A stretch of 64,000 nt of DNA from the human T2T-CHM13v2.0 reference genome, Homo sapiens. The notes beneath the pieces were generated by a model that was given only the letters and a program-made list of their open reading frames with translations, searched no databases and was not told the DNA's origin. The stretch is taken from assembly GCF_009914755.1 (NCBI RefSeq), contig NC_060925.1. One strand, written 5' to 3'. This document shows, piece after piece, positions 47,154-62,940 of this stretch. A program made the translations under genes and the position numbers. How positions within the stretch are numbered: position 1 is the first letter of the stretch; each line of letters starts with the position of its first letter.

Positions 47154-47375
47154 TGGAGTCAGACTGCCTGGATTGAGGTTCTGTTAATAGCTCCACAACT
47201 TTCTAGCTGTGTGACTTTGAACAACATACTTAATTTCTGGGCCTCAGCTTCTTCTTCCGTAAAATAGAGATAATAGTATTTATTTCATATGTTGCTATGA
47301 TAATTGAAATGGTTAATACATATAAGAAGTGTCTATCACATGGTAATCACTAGCAGTATGTTAGTAATTATTATT
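47147..47375 (+). mobile_element. MIR
   Basis: TCTGGAGTCAGACTGCCTGG...CTAGCTGTGTGACTTTG...CCTCAGCTTC core. Confidence 0.75.
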
Positions 47376-48199
47376 CTTATTAACGTTACACAAGCCTTAA
47401 GAGTAATAGACCAATAGCATCTTAAAAGACCACAGAGATCATTTTGTCCACCTCTCTCAAGGCATGGATGAGGAAAGTAAAGCTCACACAAATAAGTAAA
47501 AATACTAGCCCCAAGTTAGAGATTTAGTCAGTGGTAAATTAAGAATTGAGTGCAGGTTTTCTGACCCCTAATCAAATACACTCAGGAACATAGCTATACT
47601 GGCTTCAGTTGAGTCCAGTATCCCTTTGCAAAAATTACAGATGATTTTTAATTTAGTCAATGAAACTATACAATGTGAAATTTTGGTCATTAAAGAACAG
47701 CACACAAAAATACATGCTTTCTATGACTTGAACACCCAGTGAGGGGTTATTAGGGAAACCTTGGCTCTCTAAAGACCCAGGGCCCATTGATAGTAAACTC
47801 CCTTTTTATCCCTTCCTTAAGCCCTTCCCCAAGACTCTTTACTCAGGATGATAGGAGAGGTCATCTACCATGTATGAACCTGTCTCTCTTTGCTCCCAGG
47901 ACTCCCCAGTACAACATGGCCTGGAGATCTTTCCATGTTCCTCTGTACAGATCTGTCATCGATTTCCAGCTTCATGGTAACCACAGGATAGATGGACACA
48001 AGTTGTTTAACCCACTGATAGACTTCATTCCTATACTTTCCCTAATGCAAAAATAAAACAATGAGCATCCTGATATATCTTTGTGCGCCTTTAATATAGA
48101 TTCCTAGAGTGAGATGTACAGACACATTAAGGACTATTAGCGGTTAAGTGAAAGGAGATAGAGCAGGTAGGGCATATCAGGCATGTGCAAAAGGACTGA

Positions 48200-49885
48200 G
48201 GCTAACCAAGGAGGTGAAAGATCTCTACAAAACACTGCTGAAAGAATAGATGACACAAACAAATGGGAACACATCCCATGCTCATGGATGGGTAGAATCA
48301 ATATTGTGAAAATGACCATACTGCCAAAAGTAATCTACAAATTCAATGCAATTCCCATCAAAATACCACCATCATTCTTCACAGAACTAGGAAAAACAAT
48401 TCTAAAATTCATATGGGACGAAAAAGCCTGCATAGGCCAAAGCAAGACTAAGCGAAAAGAACAAATCTGGAGGCATCACATTACCTGATTTCAAACTATA
48501 CTATAAGGCCACAGTCACCACAACAGCATGTTACTGGTATAAAAATAGGCGCATAGCCCAATGGAACAGAATAGAGAACCCAGAAATAAGCCCAAATACT
48601 TACAGCCAACTGATCTATGACAATGCAAACAAAAACATAAAGTGGGGAAAGGACACGCTATTCAACAAATGGTGCTGGGATAATTGGCAAGACACTGTAG
48701 GAGAATGAAACTGGATCCTTATCTCTCACCTTCTACAAAAATCAACTCAAGGTGGGTCAAGGGCTTAACTCTAAGACCTGAAACCACAAAGATTCTAGAA
48801 CATAACACTGGAAAAACCCTTCTAGACATTGGCTTAGGCAAGGATTTCATGAACAAGTACCCAAAAGCAAATGCAATAAAAACAAAAATAAATAGCCGGG
48901 ACTTAATTAAACTAAAGAGCTTTTGCATGGCAAAAGGAACAGTCAGCAGAATAAACAGACAACTCACAGAGTGGGGGAAAATCTTCACAATCTATACATC
49001 TGACAATGGACTAATATCAAGAATCTACAATGAACTCAAATTAGCAAGAAAAAAACAACCCCATAAAAAAGTAGGCTAAGGACATGGGTAGACAATTCTC
49101 AAAAGAAGATATACAAATGGCCAACAAACATATGAAAGAGTGCTCAACATCACTAATGATCAGGGAAATGCAAACCAAAGCCACAATGTGATACCACCTT
49201 ACTCCTGCAAGAATGGCTATAATCAAAAAATAAAAAAATAATAGATGTTGGCGTGGATGTGATGAACAGGGAACGCTTCTACACCGCTGGAGGGAATGTA
49301 AACTAGTACAACCACTATGGAAAACAGTGTGGAGATTCCTTAAAGAATTAAAAGTAGAACTACCATTGGATCCAGCAATCCCACTACTGGTATCTACCCA
49401 GAGGAAAAGAAATCATTATACGAAAAAATACTTGCACATCCATGTTTATAGCAGCACAGTCTGCAACTGCAAAAATGTGGAGCCAACCCAAATGCCCATC
49501 AATCAACGAGTGGATAAAGAAACTGTGATATATATGCATATGTTGGAATACTACTCAGCCATAAAAAGGAATGAATTAATGGCATTCACAGCAACCTGGA
49601 TGGGATTGGGGGCCTATTATTCTAAGTGGAGTAACTCAGGAATGGAAAACCAAACATCATATGTTCTCACTCATATGTGGGAGCCAAACTATGAGGATGC
49701 AAAGGCATAAGAATGATATGACAGACTTTGGGGACTTGGGAGACATGGGGGAAGGGAAGGGGGTGAGGGATAAAAGGCTACAAATTGGGTTCAATGTACA
49801 CTGCTTGGGTGATGAGCGCACCAAAATCTCACAAATCACCACTAAAGAACTTGTGTAATCAAATACCACCAGTTGCTCAAAGACT
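48200..49885 (+). mobile_element. Older L1 3' portion (L1PB-like)
   Basis: Degenerate ORF2 ([19 protein letters not shown]; KLDPYLSP; MWRFLKELK) and L1PB-type 3' end. Confidence 0.88.
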
Positions 49886-50136
49886 TATGGAATATAAATA
49901 AATATAACGAAATCAATGCTATTCAAGCCTAGTAGAGCCAGAGATAGGCCTCCACGAAAGCAGATATCAAGGGAATCATTTGACTTTTGAGTCCAAAAGG
50001 CAAATTCAGTGGCCATAGTTCACTTTTACTATGTTCAGGTCTCTCTGATTTCCTTTGGTTTCTCCATGTCAGACCCGTGGTGTTTTCAGGTCATTTGCTC
50101 ACACGTGGCAAACACTAATGCTTGGAAAACTGCTCA

Positions 50137-50421
<285 letters not shown>

Positions 50422-51739
50422 CTATTTCCCTATCCACCTTGTTTCTCAGAAGTATTTGTCTGCTAATCTTCATGTGGATGTTTGCCCTCTCTACTGAGGC
50501 TGGGGCAGATGAAAGGCAAAGGCAGTGGCCGTGGATCAAAGCAGCTGCCCCTGCCACACTCCCTGCTGACTCTCTCCTGATGTGTAGAATGATATTAAAT
50601 GAAGTAGTCACAGCACGTTCAGGCTGCTGTTGAAGACGAAAATCAAGCAAACAAAAACAACTATTGCAAGCTCCACCAATCTGAAGAAAGACAACTGCTC
50701 TTCAATATGATAGGATGTGATTATTCTGGATAACTATTATTTTGAAAACTGACACCCAGAAGGGTACCAGGATGCCAACTCTGATAGCTCCTCCCTGCCC
50801 AGGGAGCACAGAAACTAGAGAGAGACCAATATGGCCTAGTTAGGATGTAGCAAGTCACCTATGGAGCAGGCTCTGGAGACAGACTAGCTCCACCACGGGC
50901 AAGGCACTTCAGCTCTTCACTTCCTCCATCCGAAGATTGGTATATTTCATAAGATTGCTGTGAAGAATAAATGAAAAGGCACAGGCAAATATTAGCTCAG
51001 TGCCTGGCTCAAACCGCATTAGCTAATGGAAAATTGGGAAGAGGAACATAAAAACGCTTCTGTAACGGCACCATCATTCTGAGTGATGTTTGTCCCTTTA
51101 GGCAGGATCAGATGGAGGGAAGAATATTTATGAACATTCTCAGCATGTATCTACCCCAAGACTCTCCTTATGAACCATTTATCACCATCAAGATGCAACT
51201 GGGCACCGTCTCCCTGGGTACTGTCTAGATTTTCTCCGATTTTTAATAACTCTATTCTAAACAAAGATTTAGTGTTCCATTTCCCCTGTCGCATAAACTA
51301 AGCTGCTGATTGCTGTGAGGTTTTATTTGCAACCTCTGACATCATTCCATTCTGTGGCTACATTACAGCTTTAGGACCTGGAGTCAAGGCAAGAAGCCAA
51401 GCACTGCCCTCTAGAGATGTAAAGAGAATTACATTTCCTCTGAATATCTTCCTCTACCCTAGAATGACTCAAGCCTATTTCTAGTTTTACGTATTAGTTC
51501 AGGCTGCTGTCGATGATGGAAAAAAAACCAACCAAACAAAATGGAACAAAACTGGCTTTTGTTTTGCAGCTTTTTCGCCCACAGCAAGAAATTCAGGACA
51601 GATTTATGACAAATTTTAAAATGCTGGCAATGGGAAAAATAATATAGAGATCTGGGTTGCTGATGAATTTCTATGTCTAGATTATTAAAGGGAAAAGAAG
51701 CTGAAGGTCTGACTGATTTGCTGACAAATTCTTAATTTT

Positions 51740-52725
<986 letters not shown>

Positions 52726-53111
52726 CTGAGGACTTGCCAAGGATCAGCCCTCTGCCTGGCGATAGGTTGCTCAGCCCTGTCCAGCCTCTGTGGCCGACCA
52801 CACGCCACAGAGCATCCTGATGGGCTGCTCTGACTTCCTAGTTCAATCACACAGTTGATTTATGCAGTCAAAATTAAGTTAAATGATTGACTGAATGGTT
52901 CAACCGTTTGAAGAAAATCATCCTGAAAAAGCTGGATATTTATAGCTAATTATTCTTTGGAAGAGATCGATTTCTTTTTTTTTACAAAGTGGGCATATTG
53001 TTAGTGATGAACCCATGGAGCTGAGAGAGGCTTAATTAAGGTCTCAACAACTGTAGTCCACTGTCAAGAAGCTGTTATCAGGATAGTCATTTTATTGAAA
53101 ACTCAAGTTAT

Positions 53112-53425
<314 letters not shown>

Positions 53426-53872
53426 TCAGTGGTTCCGTTCTCTCTCTTGCACTATGACATTTTGAAGTACGGGGGACTTTGGTGGGAGGGTTTGGGTTTC
53501 ATACAATCCAAGGAGATGTTAGTTGTCCCTGTGTGGTCGATTGATAACAAGAGAAGCAATGCTAATTAATTATAGTGCTCGCTGTGCTCCAGGTACTGTT
53601 CTCAAGGCTTCATATGTCTACATGCATTTAAACCTCACGACAACCCATTTCACAGTAAGAAAACCGAGGTACAAAGAGATTAAGGGTCTTCAAGAAAGCT
53701 GATACAAGAATACTCAAAAATGAGTTTAATGTTTCATCTTCAGGAAGGATTATTTGCCAAGTGAAGCACTGGCAAGACTAGGCATTCCCTGTGGGTGGGG
53801 GCCAGGTCCTACTTGCCATGTGCTTGTCCTCCTCTTTCTGCCTAGGTGTTTTGGGTTTCAAAATAAAAATAA

Positions 53873-54217
<345 letters not shown>

Positions 54218-54280
54218 CTTTTATTTCTTATTTTGTCAAAATTAGTGAAAGGTGGTCATCAAAGAGAATGCAGTGATTGC

Positions 54281-54297
54281 GGGGGGGGGGGGGGGGG
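54281..54297 (+). repeat. G17 homopolymer
   Basis: Direct reading. Confidence 0.95.
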
Positions 54298-54973
54298 CGG
54301 AATCATTTTTAGCTAGGTCATGAGAGGCAGCATAAAGAGAGACAGAGTTTGGTGGGTTTTATTAGTGATGCGGAAACCAGCGCGGGTGTCTGATGGATGC
54401 TGTTGTCATCAGAATGGAGAGAGGAGAGACATTAGCACCGTTCTTTGCTGTAATTCAGAATAATTAATATGAGTTAGCTCAAGAAAGCTCAATTTATCAT
54501 TTACAGATGCCCAGTTTGTTGTTTCCATGATTTTATAGAAATGTGAACAAGTATTTCTTTAATTTTCTTGACAAAGACAAAAGAACCTGCAACTGGGAGC
54601 AGCTCACATGCATCCAGTTAGCTGCTGATTTATATTCTGAGTTGCTGCAGGAAATTTAATTACTAGGAGCTCTAAGTTGATTTTGTTTCTGCCCTCAAGG
54701 TGAAATTTTTGTTACGGGGGATAGAAAATCAAGAATTGAATCTTGGGAGCTGAAAGCAGCCTCCTGCTCAGAAATGTGCTTACTCTCCCGCCCCTTCATT
54801 CCCACAGTGGGTGGTTTATACCACTTAACTTCTTGATGTCTTATTTTCCATGTCTACCACATGGGAATCATAATGCCTGCCAGAAGGAACATGACTAATT
54901 GAAGAGACAGGGGAGGATGTTAGAATCTTAGAGAACAGTTAGTTCAACTTTATTTCAAAATTAAGGATACTGA

Positions 54974-55631
54974 TGAGGCAGCAGAATAGGGTCTGGAGGA
55001 AGGGAACCTAAGACTGATTTGAATCAAAAGGAAAACCCCACCACTCCACACCCAAGTAACAAAAGGATCAGAGGCTATTCCCTTTGCAGCCACCCCTCCT
55101 TCCCACTCCCCCCTCTCTTCCCACCCCCGCACACCGCCCACACCCCACACCTTTTCTCTGCATCACACAAGAGAAATGGAAAGTACCTCTGACTGGTCCC
55201 CTCCCGCAACCAATCACGCTGGTCAGGGGCCTAGTCTTCATTTGCATAGGGGTATAACTTTGTGACTTCACTTCAGCCTCTGATTGGTCACCCTCCCCAA
55301 CCAATCAGACATTTGCATAGGGTATAATTTTGTAACTTCACTTTAGCCTCTGACTGGTCACAGGAGGCAACCAATCAGACTGGTTGTGGGCCACTATTTC
55401 ATTTATGTAGGGTGTAAACATATAACCAATGGGAAACCTCTAGAGGGTATTTACACCCCAGAAAATTCTGTAACCAGCACTCTTGAGCTGCTTGCTTGAG
55501 CCTGCTCCCACTTTGTGGAGTATACTTTTGTTTCAATAAATCTGTCATTTTTCTTTCATTGCTTTGTTTGCGCATTTTGTCCAATTCTTTGTTCAAAACA
55601 CCAAGAACCTGGACACCCTCCACTGGTAACA
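54974..55631 (+). mobile_element. ERV1 solo LTR (MER51-like)
   Basis: TG...CA termini, 4-bp TSD CTGA (54970-54973, 55632-55635), repeated CCAAT boxes, AATAAA. Confidence 0.88.
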
Positions 55632-56365
55632 CTGAGATGACAAAAGGGGAAGTGACTTGCAAGATCACAGAATAATGTCCCTTCATTCTTCCTTTCCTTC
55701 TTTCTTCCTTCCCTCCCTCCTTTCCTTTCTTCCTCCCTTTCACTGTAGTCAATGCTTCATCTTTTATAAGGATCTAAAAACTCTCTAAGGGACAATTATT
55801 CATTTGGCATCTTTGAATTCTAGCTAGAAGGAATTCACACAACAATTCTTGGCTTTATCTAGGCAAAGGAAAATCAACAGATAAAACCTTGAGTAGAGTA
55901 ACTGGAGAATATTAATGGGAGGAATCTTAAAGGAATGGGGCCTGAGAGTGAAATGAGATGAAACAAATTGGAAATGCATATCAGTTATTTCTTGCAGTAC
56001 TTTAATTTCATCATACTTTTTTAAGACAGTTGAAAATTATGCCAAAATGCCATCGTGGCTCCTCCTGACCTTCCTGCTTTCTGTCGTCTTAGCTTCTTAA
56101 TGAGCAGTGAGGAAGTTGAGGTCATTCCAGTTTCAGTGGGTTGTATTTGATTCCCTTTTCAAATCCCTCGAAGAATCTATTCTTTTGACAAAACACTGGG
56201 CAAGACCTGAGTGACTGTATTTCCCTTTCAGGTTTGTAAAATAAACATCCCACCCCACTTAGGCAGAGGATATTAACAGAAATGTGCATATTAGCCATTA
56301 AGCTTGTTTTTATTTAGGAAGAGATGAAATAATAGGTAGAACAAATATTTCCTAATGGAAAATTT

Positions 56366-56476
56366 GCCTACAGCCATACTATGCTGAACATGCCTTATCT
56401 CTGAAGCTAAGCAGGGTCAGGCCTGGTTAGCCCTTGGATAGGAAGCTGACTGGGGAAGACTGGGTGATGTAGCCTT
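56366..56476 (+). pseudogene. 5S rRNA pseudogene
   Basis: Aligns end to end with 5S (GCCTACAGCCATAC...GAAGCTAAGCAGGGTCAGGCCTGGTTAG...TGTAGCCTT) with many substitutions and a 10-nt deletion. Confidence 0.92.
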
Positions 56477-59115
56477 CAGTTTTTTTTTTTTTTTAATAAA
56501 TAATTAGAAAAAGAAAATTTTTAAAAGTATAAATCTCAGGCTACTTTCCTTTACAGCCAAGTCATCAAATAATGGGAGGCATGGACAAGTGGATGGAATT
56601 TAGTGGGTTTCCATTTGTAGATTATAATTCATAAAACACATTTAGTCTTCAGAGTCTAGGAGAAACCCTGAAGTAGAGAAACGCTGTAAAAATGTTCAGA
56701 AAAGGGGGATCTTCCTCTTGCCCCAGAGAAATGTTTTTACTTCTGTGTGTTGCTTCTGATTCATTCCTTTGTGATTTAGAGCATTGCTCGCTGGACTTCT
56801 CCTCCTCAACAATGCCCTCCCTAGCAGCACTGCTTTTCCCACACATACGCCACAGCAGTGGGAGCAACAAGGGCAAGTCTAGCTTTTTGAAAGGAAACCT
56901 GACATCTAGATTCCCAGCACCATTGGTTCTCATAGCTTCCCTGTCTGTGAAGTTCCAGAAACATTGCAGAATGATGAAAGAAGACAGTGTTTCTCCTCTG
57001 GTCTGGACGACCACTGGGCTAGCCTGCAACCCTGAGTGCAATCGCTGCCCATCCAGAAAGTTTTATGTGTCTTAGTGGATAGAGCAAGGACTCAGGATTG
57101 ATTTCCAGCTCTCCAGCCTTCTTGACTTTAGACAAGTCCCTTAATCTTTTGTGTTTGTAACTGACAAATTCCTTAGCATTTCTGTAAAGTGGGGTAGTAA
57201 TGAAATGCATACGGTTGTTGGGATAATTAAATAATTTATTGTTTGTGTGTGTATACAGACATATGTATATATATGCATACGTACATATACAGACATTTAT
57301 ATCTGCACATAAATATATATATATGTATAATCAGCTTAGGACAATATCTGCTATGTAGAGTAACAGCATTTGCAATTATTAACAGCAGCAATATTATAAC
57401 TGACCAGACATCAGGAGTTATGCTGAGGCACAAGAGCTGGAGTGCACACTTCTGCCATACCTTCTGCCACACCTACACTCTCCAGGAAAAGGGTCACGGA
57501 CATGCAGTGACCTGCTGCACCCTGCATATGAAAATTACAAATGCACTTGCCATTCTCTGCTGCTGCCTGACTCAAACAGATTTCCCTTCCTTCTCTTTCT
57601 AATTTCAAGAGGAAACTTGCCCATCTACCTGTTTTCCATTTTTCAGCATTGGATGCTAGGAAAACAAATGCAGAGAGGCCTCATAGGATTATTGATGGAA
57701 AGATACTGGAGGTATAAAGTTATCTTCACTTGTAATAGGATGGGCCATTGGCATGAAAATAGTTAACAAGGCTGTCCCAAATACAATCCAGGGTCATGAT
57801 TGAATCTCAGTTCATATTGTAACTTGGTCCTCCTTATCTCCATCATGACTTTGAGATCCACCCTCTCACTCTCCCAGGGTTTCTACTTTGCCCAGGGCTT
57901 TGGCCCAAAGATTAAGTACTTCTACCCTTTTGGAAGCATTAAAAAACATAACTTCCTCCTCCTTTCTACTTCTCACTGACTTACGCCTCCTGTGGCAGGA
58001 AGATTGACCTCCCTAGCGAGACGAAGGAATGAATTTAGCATGCAGAGCATTGGCTCTCCTTCTTTAGAGCAGCCTGTTTCCCTGAACTTGTTCCTCGGGG
58101 TGGGAGGGCGAGGGAGGAAAGAGCAGCCTGGTCTTTGACTGTTTTGTCCCTACCCTCCGTGGGGACATACACAACCTGCAGATTTGCAGCTGTGACTCCT
58201 TTAACTTTGGCAAGTTCATTTCTGAAAATAGAAGTAGGAGGCACAACTTTGACCACACATCTAACCTGCATTTTCCATTCTGGCTTCATGAGTAACTAAC
58301 TGATAGTTTGTTCACCATGTCGCTCAACCTCATTCTCCTATGGCTGTTCCCATGAATTTGAATCAGGTGTGAACACTCCAAGGCACTTCCATTCTGCCTT
58401 CCATAAGCAAAACATTCAGTTAGAATTTTATAAAGGTGACATCGACCTTTGTGCTGTATCGTAATATACTCTTGACTTACACCTGTTGCTTGTAGACTGG
58501 TCGTATTTTTCATTTTAGTATTCACCATACCCTCCCCATAGTGCTTTGAATGGAGCAGCTGCTCAAGGTGTTCCAACGTCGTTTGAGAAATTGATATTCT
58601 AACCTCACAGTATGGGCATGAATATGGAAATACAACCGAGATGAACTGAATCCTTGTCTAATCCTTTTGTTAATTTCTAGAGCTAAACTCCCACAAAACA
58701 CCCAAAGCACTACTCTGCTGAGGCTATGGTACCAGGTGTGTGTTTCTGTAGTGCATCTGACTCCTTTCAATACACATCCAACCAACCTCTCTTTCAAACT
58801 TCACGTGGGAATGCTTTAGAAAGTGTCAATATTCAAAAACAGGGTAAGATGTGAAATCTGGGAACCTTATGTAACAATTTCCCATTAAAGGGATCAATGT
58901 ACTTGCAAAGTGATTGTCTCAAATCAATGTTTCAGTTAATGGAAGGAAGTCATCTTAAGTATCCGGGATGGGAGACAGTCCAATAGCTGCTTGGCAAATG
59001 GCTGGTTGAAGGCTATAAAATACAGAACATTTCACTGGGCTTGAACAGGGATAGGTGTGTGGGGCTGAGAAAACTTATGCAAGTAGTTTACTATTGTTTC
59101 CCCATGAATATAACC

Positions 59116-59561
59116 TGTGGAGTCCTAATGAGGAAAAAGAAGTCAGTCTGGCAGCAGCAGGGGAAAACAGAAAGAAAAAGGAGATAAGCTACAAATCTGC
59201 CTTTCTTCATGGTCCAGGACACATAGCCCTCCTGGGCAAATAACTCACAATCTTCCTATACCCAGCTATCATCAGACACTCAGCTGATTGGAAAATGCAA
59301 GTTAGCTCACTGTAACTTTGGCATTATCATTACTGTACGAAGCCCTCTCCAGCACACAGCACAAGTACCATCCTATAAAATCCCCAGTAACCCTTTATCT
59401 CTTTGCGCTCAGCTCTTCTCTTGCTGGCCTGCCCACTGCTTCCTTGCAACATACTTTCCTACTTTCTCTAATAAATCTGCCTTTCTTTACCTAAAACCGT
59501 CTTGGTAAATTCTTTTTTCCTCCCATGCTACTAGCTCCAGATAGTCGCTACCTGTGGCACA
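59116..59561 (+). mobile_element. ERV1-type solo LTR (subfamily uncertain)
   Basis: TG...CA termini, TATAAAA box near 59374, AATAAA near 59470. Confidence 0.75.
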
Positions 59562-62162
59562 ACCAATATTGTCTTAAAAAACAGCCACAATAATAACACG
59601 TTTTAGGGATATCCTATTTGGAACCAGATTGGCAATCTGATGGGGTGGAAATGTTTCCAGCAATCTTGTAGGGGGAAATGTGTTGAAGATTTTCCATTAG
59701 CCAGCCCAGTGTGGTTCGAACTTGCAAGATTCTTTGGGGAGAACCATCCTATAAAGTACAGCCAAGTGTACCATGAGCAGCAGGGCAATAGGATCCCATT
59801 GATCATAAACCTGGGCTGAGAGCATCTTCAAACATGCATCAAAGCCACAGAGACACTAAATACCAATGGCAGAGAAAGCTGCTCCTTAAGTATCACCTGA
59901 TGGGAGAAATGAAAGTAATGCCACTGAATGTGGGGGAAAAAGAAAAGAAAAGGCCAGATGCTTTGTTTGCCCATTTGAAAATTCTCATTTGGATTGAAAA
60001 TGAAAGTTTAATTATTCAGTTCTTTCCACATGCTTATGGGTTACTAAGACATGGCTGTCATCAATAATTTAAATGAATTAGATGTCTGAGGGTAGTTATA
60101 GCACAGAAAGCAGTCTGGTAACCAAACATTACCAGAACAATGTGTGCATACCACGTATAATTATCAAATGATAATTTTGCCAATCTTACAAGCAATGCAA
60201 TTTTTATAAAAAGGTGACGACTGCTTAGTTCGTAGACTGGTATCCCAGATTTATAAATAATTTAATCCAATAATTAAATACTGAGCATCTCTCACATACA
60301 AGGCACTGTATTAAGAAGCAGGATAAACAATGAGCATGTCCTGATCCCTGAAATATATGGGTGTGCATGGGTGGTTGGGGGATGCAAGAGTGATGGCAGT
60401 TGGGAAAGGAGATTAAAAAAACAAGCATAAAATGAGTTATAAAACAAAGCAGAATCTGATAAGCAGCTTAGGGGAAATAGCACCAACATTCTGTAGGATT
60501 CAAGTAAGGGAAATATTGCATTAGATTAGAAGGGATTTTTTTTTTCAGAGTCACATTCTTTATTAGAAATCCCCTCGAAGAACACTGGAAGAAAATATAT
60601 GATACAAAATAGTTTTTCAGGTAGAATACTATCCATCACTGACTATAGTAATTGCAAGAGATTTTATAAAGGTCCAATGCGGAAATAAAGCACATATTTT
60701 TCTGTAAACATATCAGCAACAGTTAACAAATATGATCCAGCATGCAAATTATAAAATGAAACTTCTCTCAACTGGTGGTCTGGAGAAAGGCCAATCTGCT
60801 CACGTGGGGCTACATCCCATATCCTCCAACAATTACTCCATTGCTGGAATTACCATCTTTTTCTTGGGGATGGTGCTGTATGAGCATCTCTGGGGAAAGA
60901 GTCTTTACACACACTGAAGGACCACACACCTGTGCCTCTTACTCCTACCTGCCAGGATTAAACCTCTCAGGGGCCACAACTGTGTAAGAACTAAATGGTT
61001 TGATATTATGAGCAAAGTTTGGTCTCCCTATCTCAAATTTCCTACTTTTTCTATTTTTCATGCTAATAAATTTAGGGTAGGCAGTCTTAGGACCTACTGT
61101 CAAATCTGACTCAAGCATGCTGTCACTTTTTGCAGACCTGAATGCTGGAGAGGGACACTGAAAATCTCATTGTTTGATTCATGTGACAACACTGCAAGGG
61201 TTTTCAGGTTTTCATGCTTATTATGGACACTTTCAAAACTTGTCAGTAACCCCAGGTCTGCCTGCAAATACTACTGTGTTATTTCACAAAGCAGATTTTT
61301 CTAAGGTGAAAATATGGTCTCAATTTCTGCTTTTGTTTTCAGTTAGGTTTTTTTTTTAATTTTTCTTTTTCAATTAGTAGCCTGCCATGAATTGCAACTT
61401 GTTTCATTCTTGAGAAATGCTTATATTGTTCCAATTCAGAAAATAAATTTCTCCTCTGCTTTTCCTCCTTCCTGGTCACTGCAAAAGATTCTTAGATGTG
61501 CATTTCACACCCCATGGCAGCGTCTTCAACTTGCTTTTCCAAGGGTTCAATGTAGCTCTCGAACTGCTTCCTGTGCTTAGCTGCAGCTTGTTCAATGGGC
61601 ATCGGGGGTGATCTCAGTGGTCGAGGGAGACCCTATACTGGTGACACAGTAGCTCAGGATCCTTCTCACAGAACAGGGCCACATCTGACTTCCTGCACAC
61701 GGGCTCCTCTCCCTGCAGTTTCCTTTTGCGCCTTGCAGTGGTGAGAAGCTGCTTAGCAATATCGGTCATGTGGCATAACTGGAAGTTCCTCTTGAGGTTC
61801 TTGTCAGGACAGTGCTGGAGGCAGACAGGACAGGGAGAGATGTCCTGTAATTCTTACCAGCATTGGTGGATGCAGGCACCTCAGATGTAGTGCCTGCAAT
61901 CAGTGGTCATTGGGTGTCTCAGGTAGTCCAGACAGATGGAGCATCTGGCCTCTGCTTGCCGCTTGGCCAGGGATGCTACAGAGGCCATTGGCAGGGAAGA
62001 TTTCTGTCTGAAGAGACTCTTCTGTAGGTGTGATTCTCCTGCAACTTAGGATCTTAGGATCTCTTGCAACTAGGAAAAGTGGAAGCTGATGACTCCTGGG
62101 TCTTTTCTCGCCTTCCTGGCAAGCAGTACCTAGAGGTACAGCCCCTACGTGTGCTTCTGCAT

Positions 62163-62940
62163 TGCAGGAAAACAACCTATTCCATGGCCAGCATGATGCC
62201 ATCTTGAAGTAAAACCACCATGAGGACCAATGTTTGACTCCTGCACACCAACGTGTTCGGCACAAGGTCTTTTGCAGCAAGATCTTCAAACAATGCCCAT
62301 ATCATAGATAATCCTACATAGATAACCCCTCATAAAGATGCTTATCTAACCTCCACAGTGGTTACAAGTTTTTGCAAGAAAGTCTGAGAGTTCCTGCTGC
62401 TTTCAGCTGAACATATTATATCCCAAAACCTTGCTATGTAAGGGATACTTTCTGAGGCTGGGCACTGTGGCTCATGCCTGTAATCCCAATACTTGGGGAG
62501 GCTGAGGCAGGTGGATCACTTGAGTCCAGGAGTTCGAGACCAGCCTGGGTTTAGTAGCCTTCTCTACTAAAAATACAAAAATTAGCCAGGCATGGTGGCA
62601 TGTACTTGTAGTCTCAGCTACTCAGGTGGCAGAAATGGGAGGATCGCTTTAGCCCAGGGGGTTGAGGTTGCAGTGGGCCAGGATCACACCACCGCACTCC
62701 AGCTTGAGTAAAAGAGCAAGAACCTGTGTCCAAAAATGAATAAATAAATCAATAAAAGATATTTTCTGGAAGGTGGTGCAAGGACCCGCCACCATGGGGC
62801 CAACTGAGACATAGTTTCTGTTGCTACATCGTTAAATTTTTTTTTTTTCAGAGAAACTGGGTTTGTCAGCCTTTTTCTTTAGCCTCTCAGCCCCCTTGGC
62901 CTTAGAGGATGGGCTGCATAGACCTGATCACTGGGGAACA
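62163..62940 (+). mobile_element. ERV-type LTR interrupted by Alu (subfamily uncertain)
   Basis: TG start, GCCATCTTG motif, CA end; Alu inserted at 62455. Confidence 0.55.
62455..62757 (+). mobile_element. Alu (J-like)
   Basis: Alu consensus motifs. Confidence 0.88.

Noticed and set aside
61871-61898. 9-bp inverted repeat TGCAGGCAC/GTGCCTGCA
   Set aside because: About this many such stems are expected by chance in 64 kb; too short for a pre-miRNA
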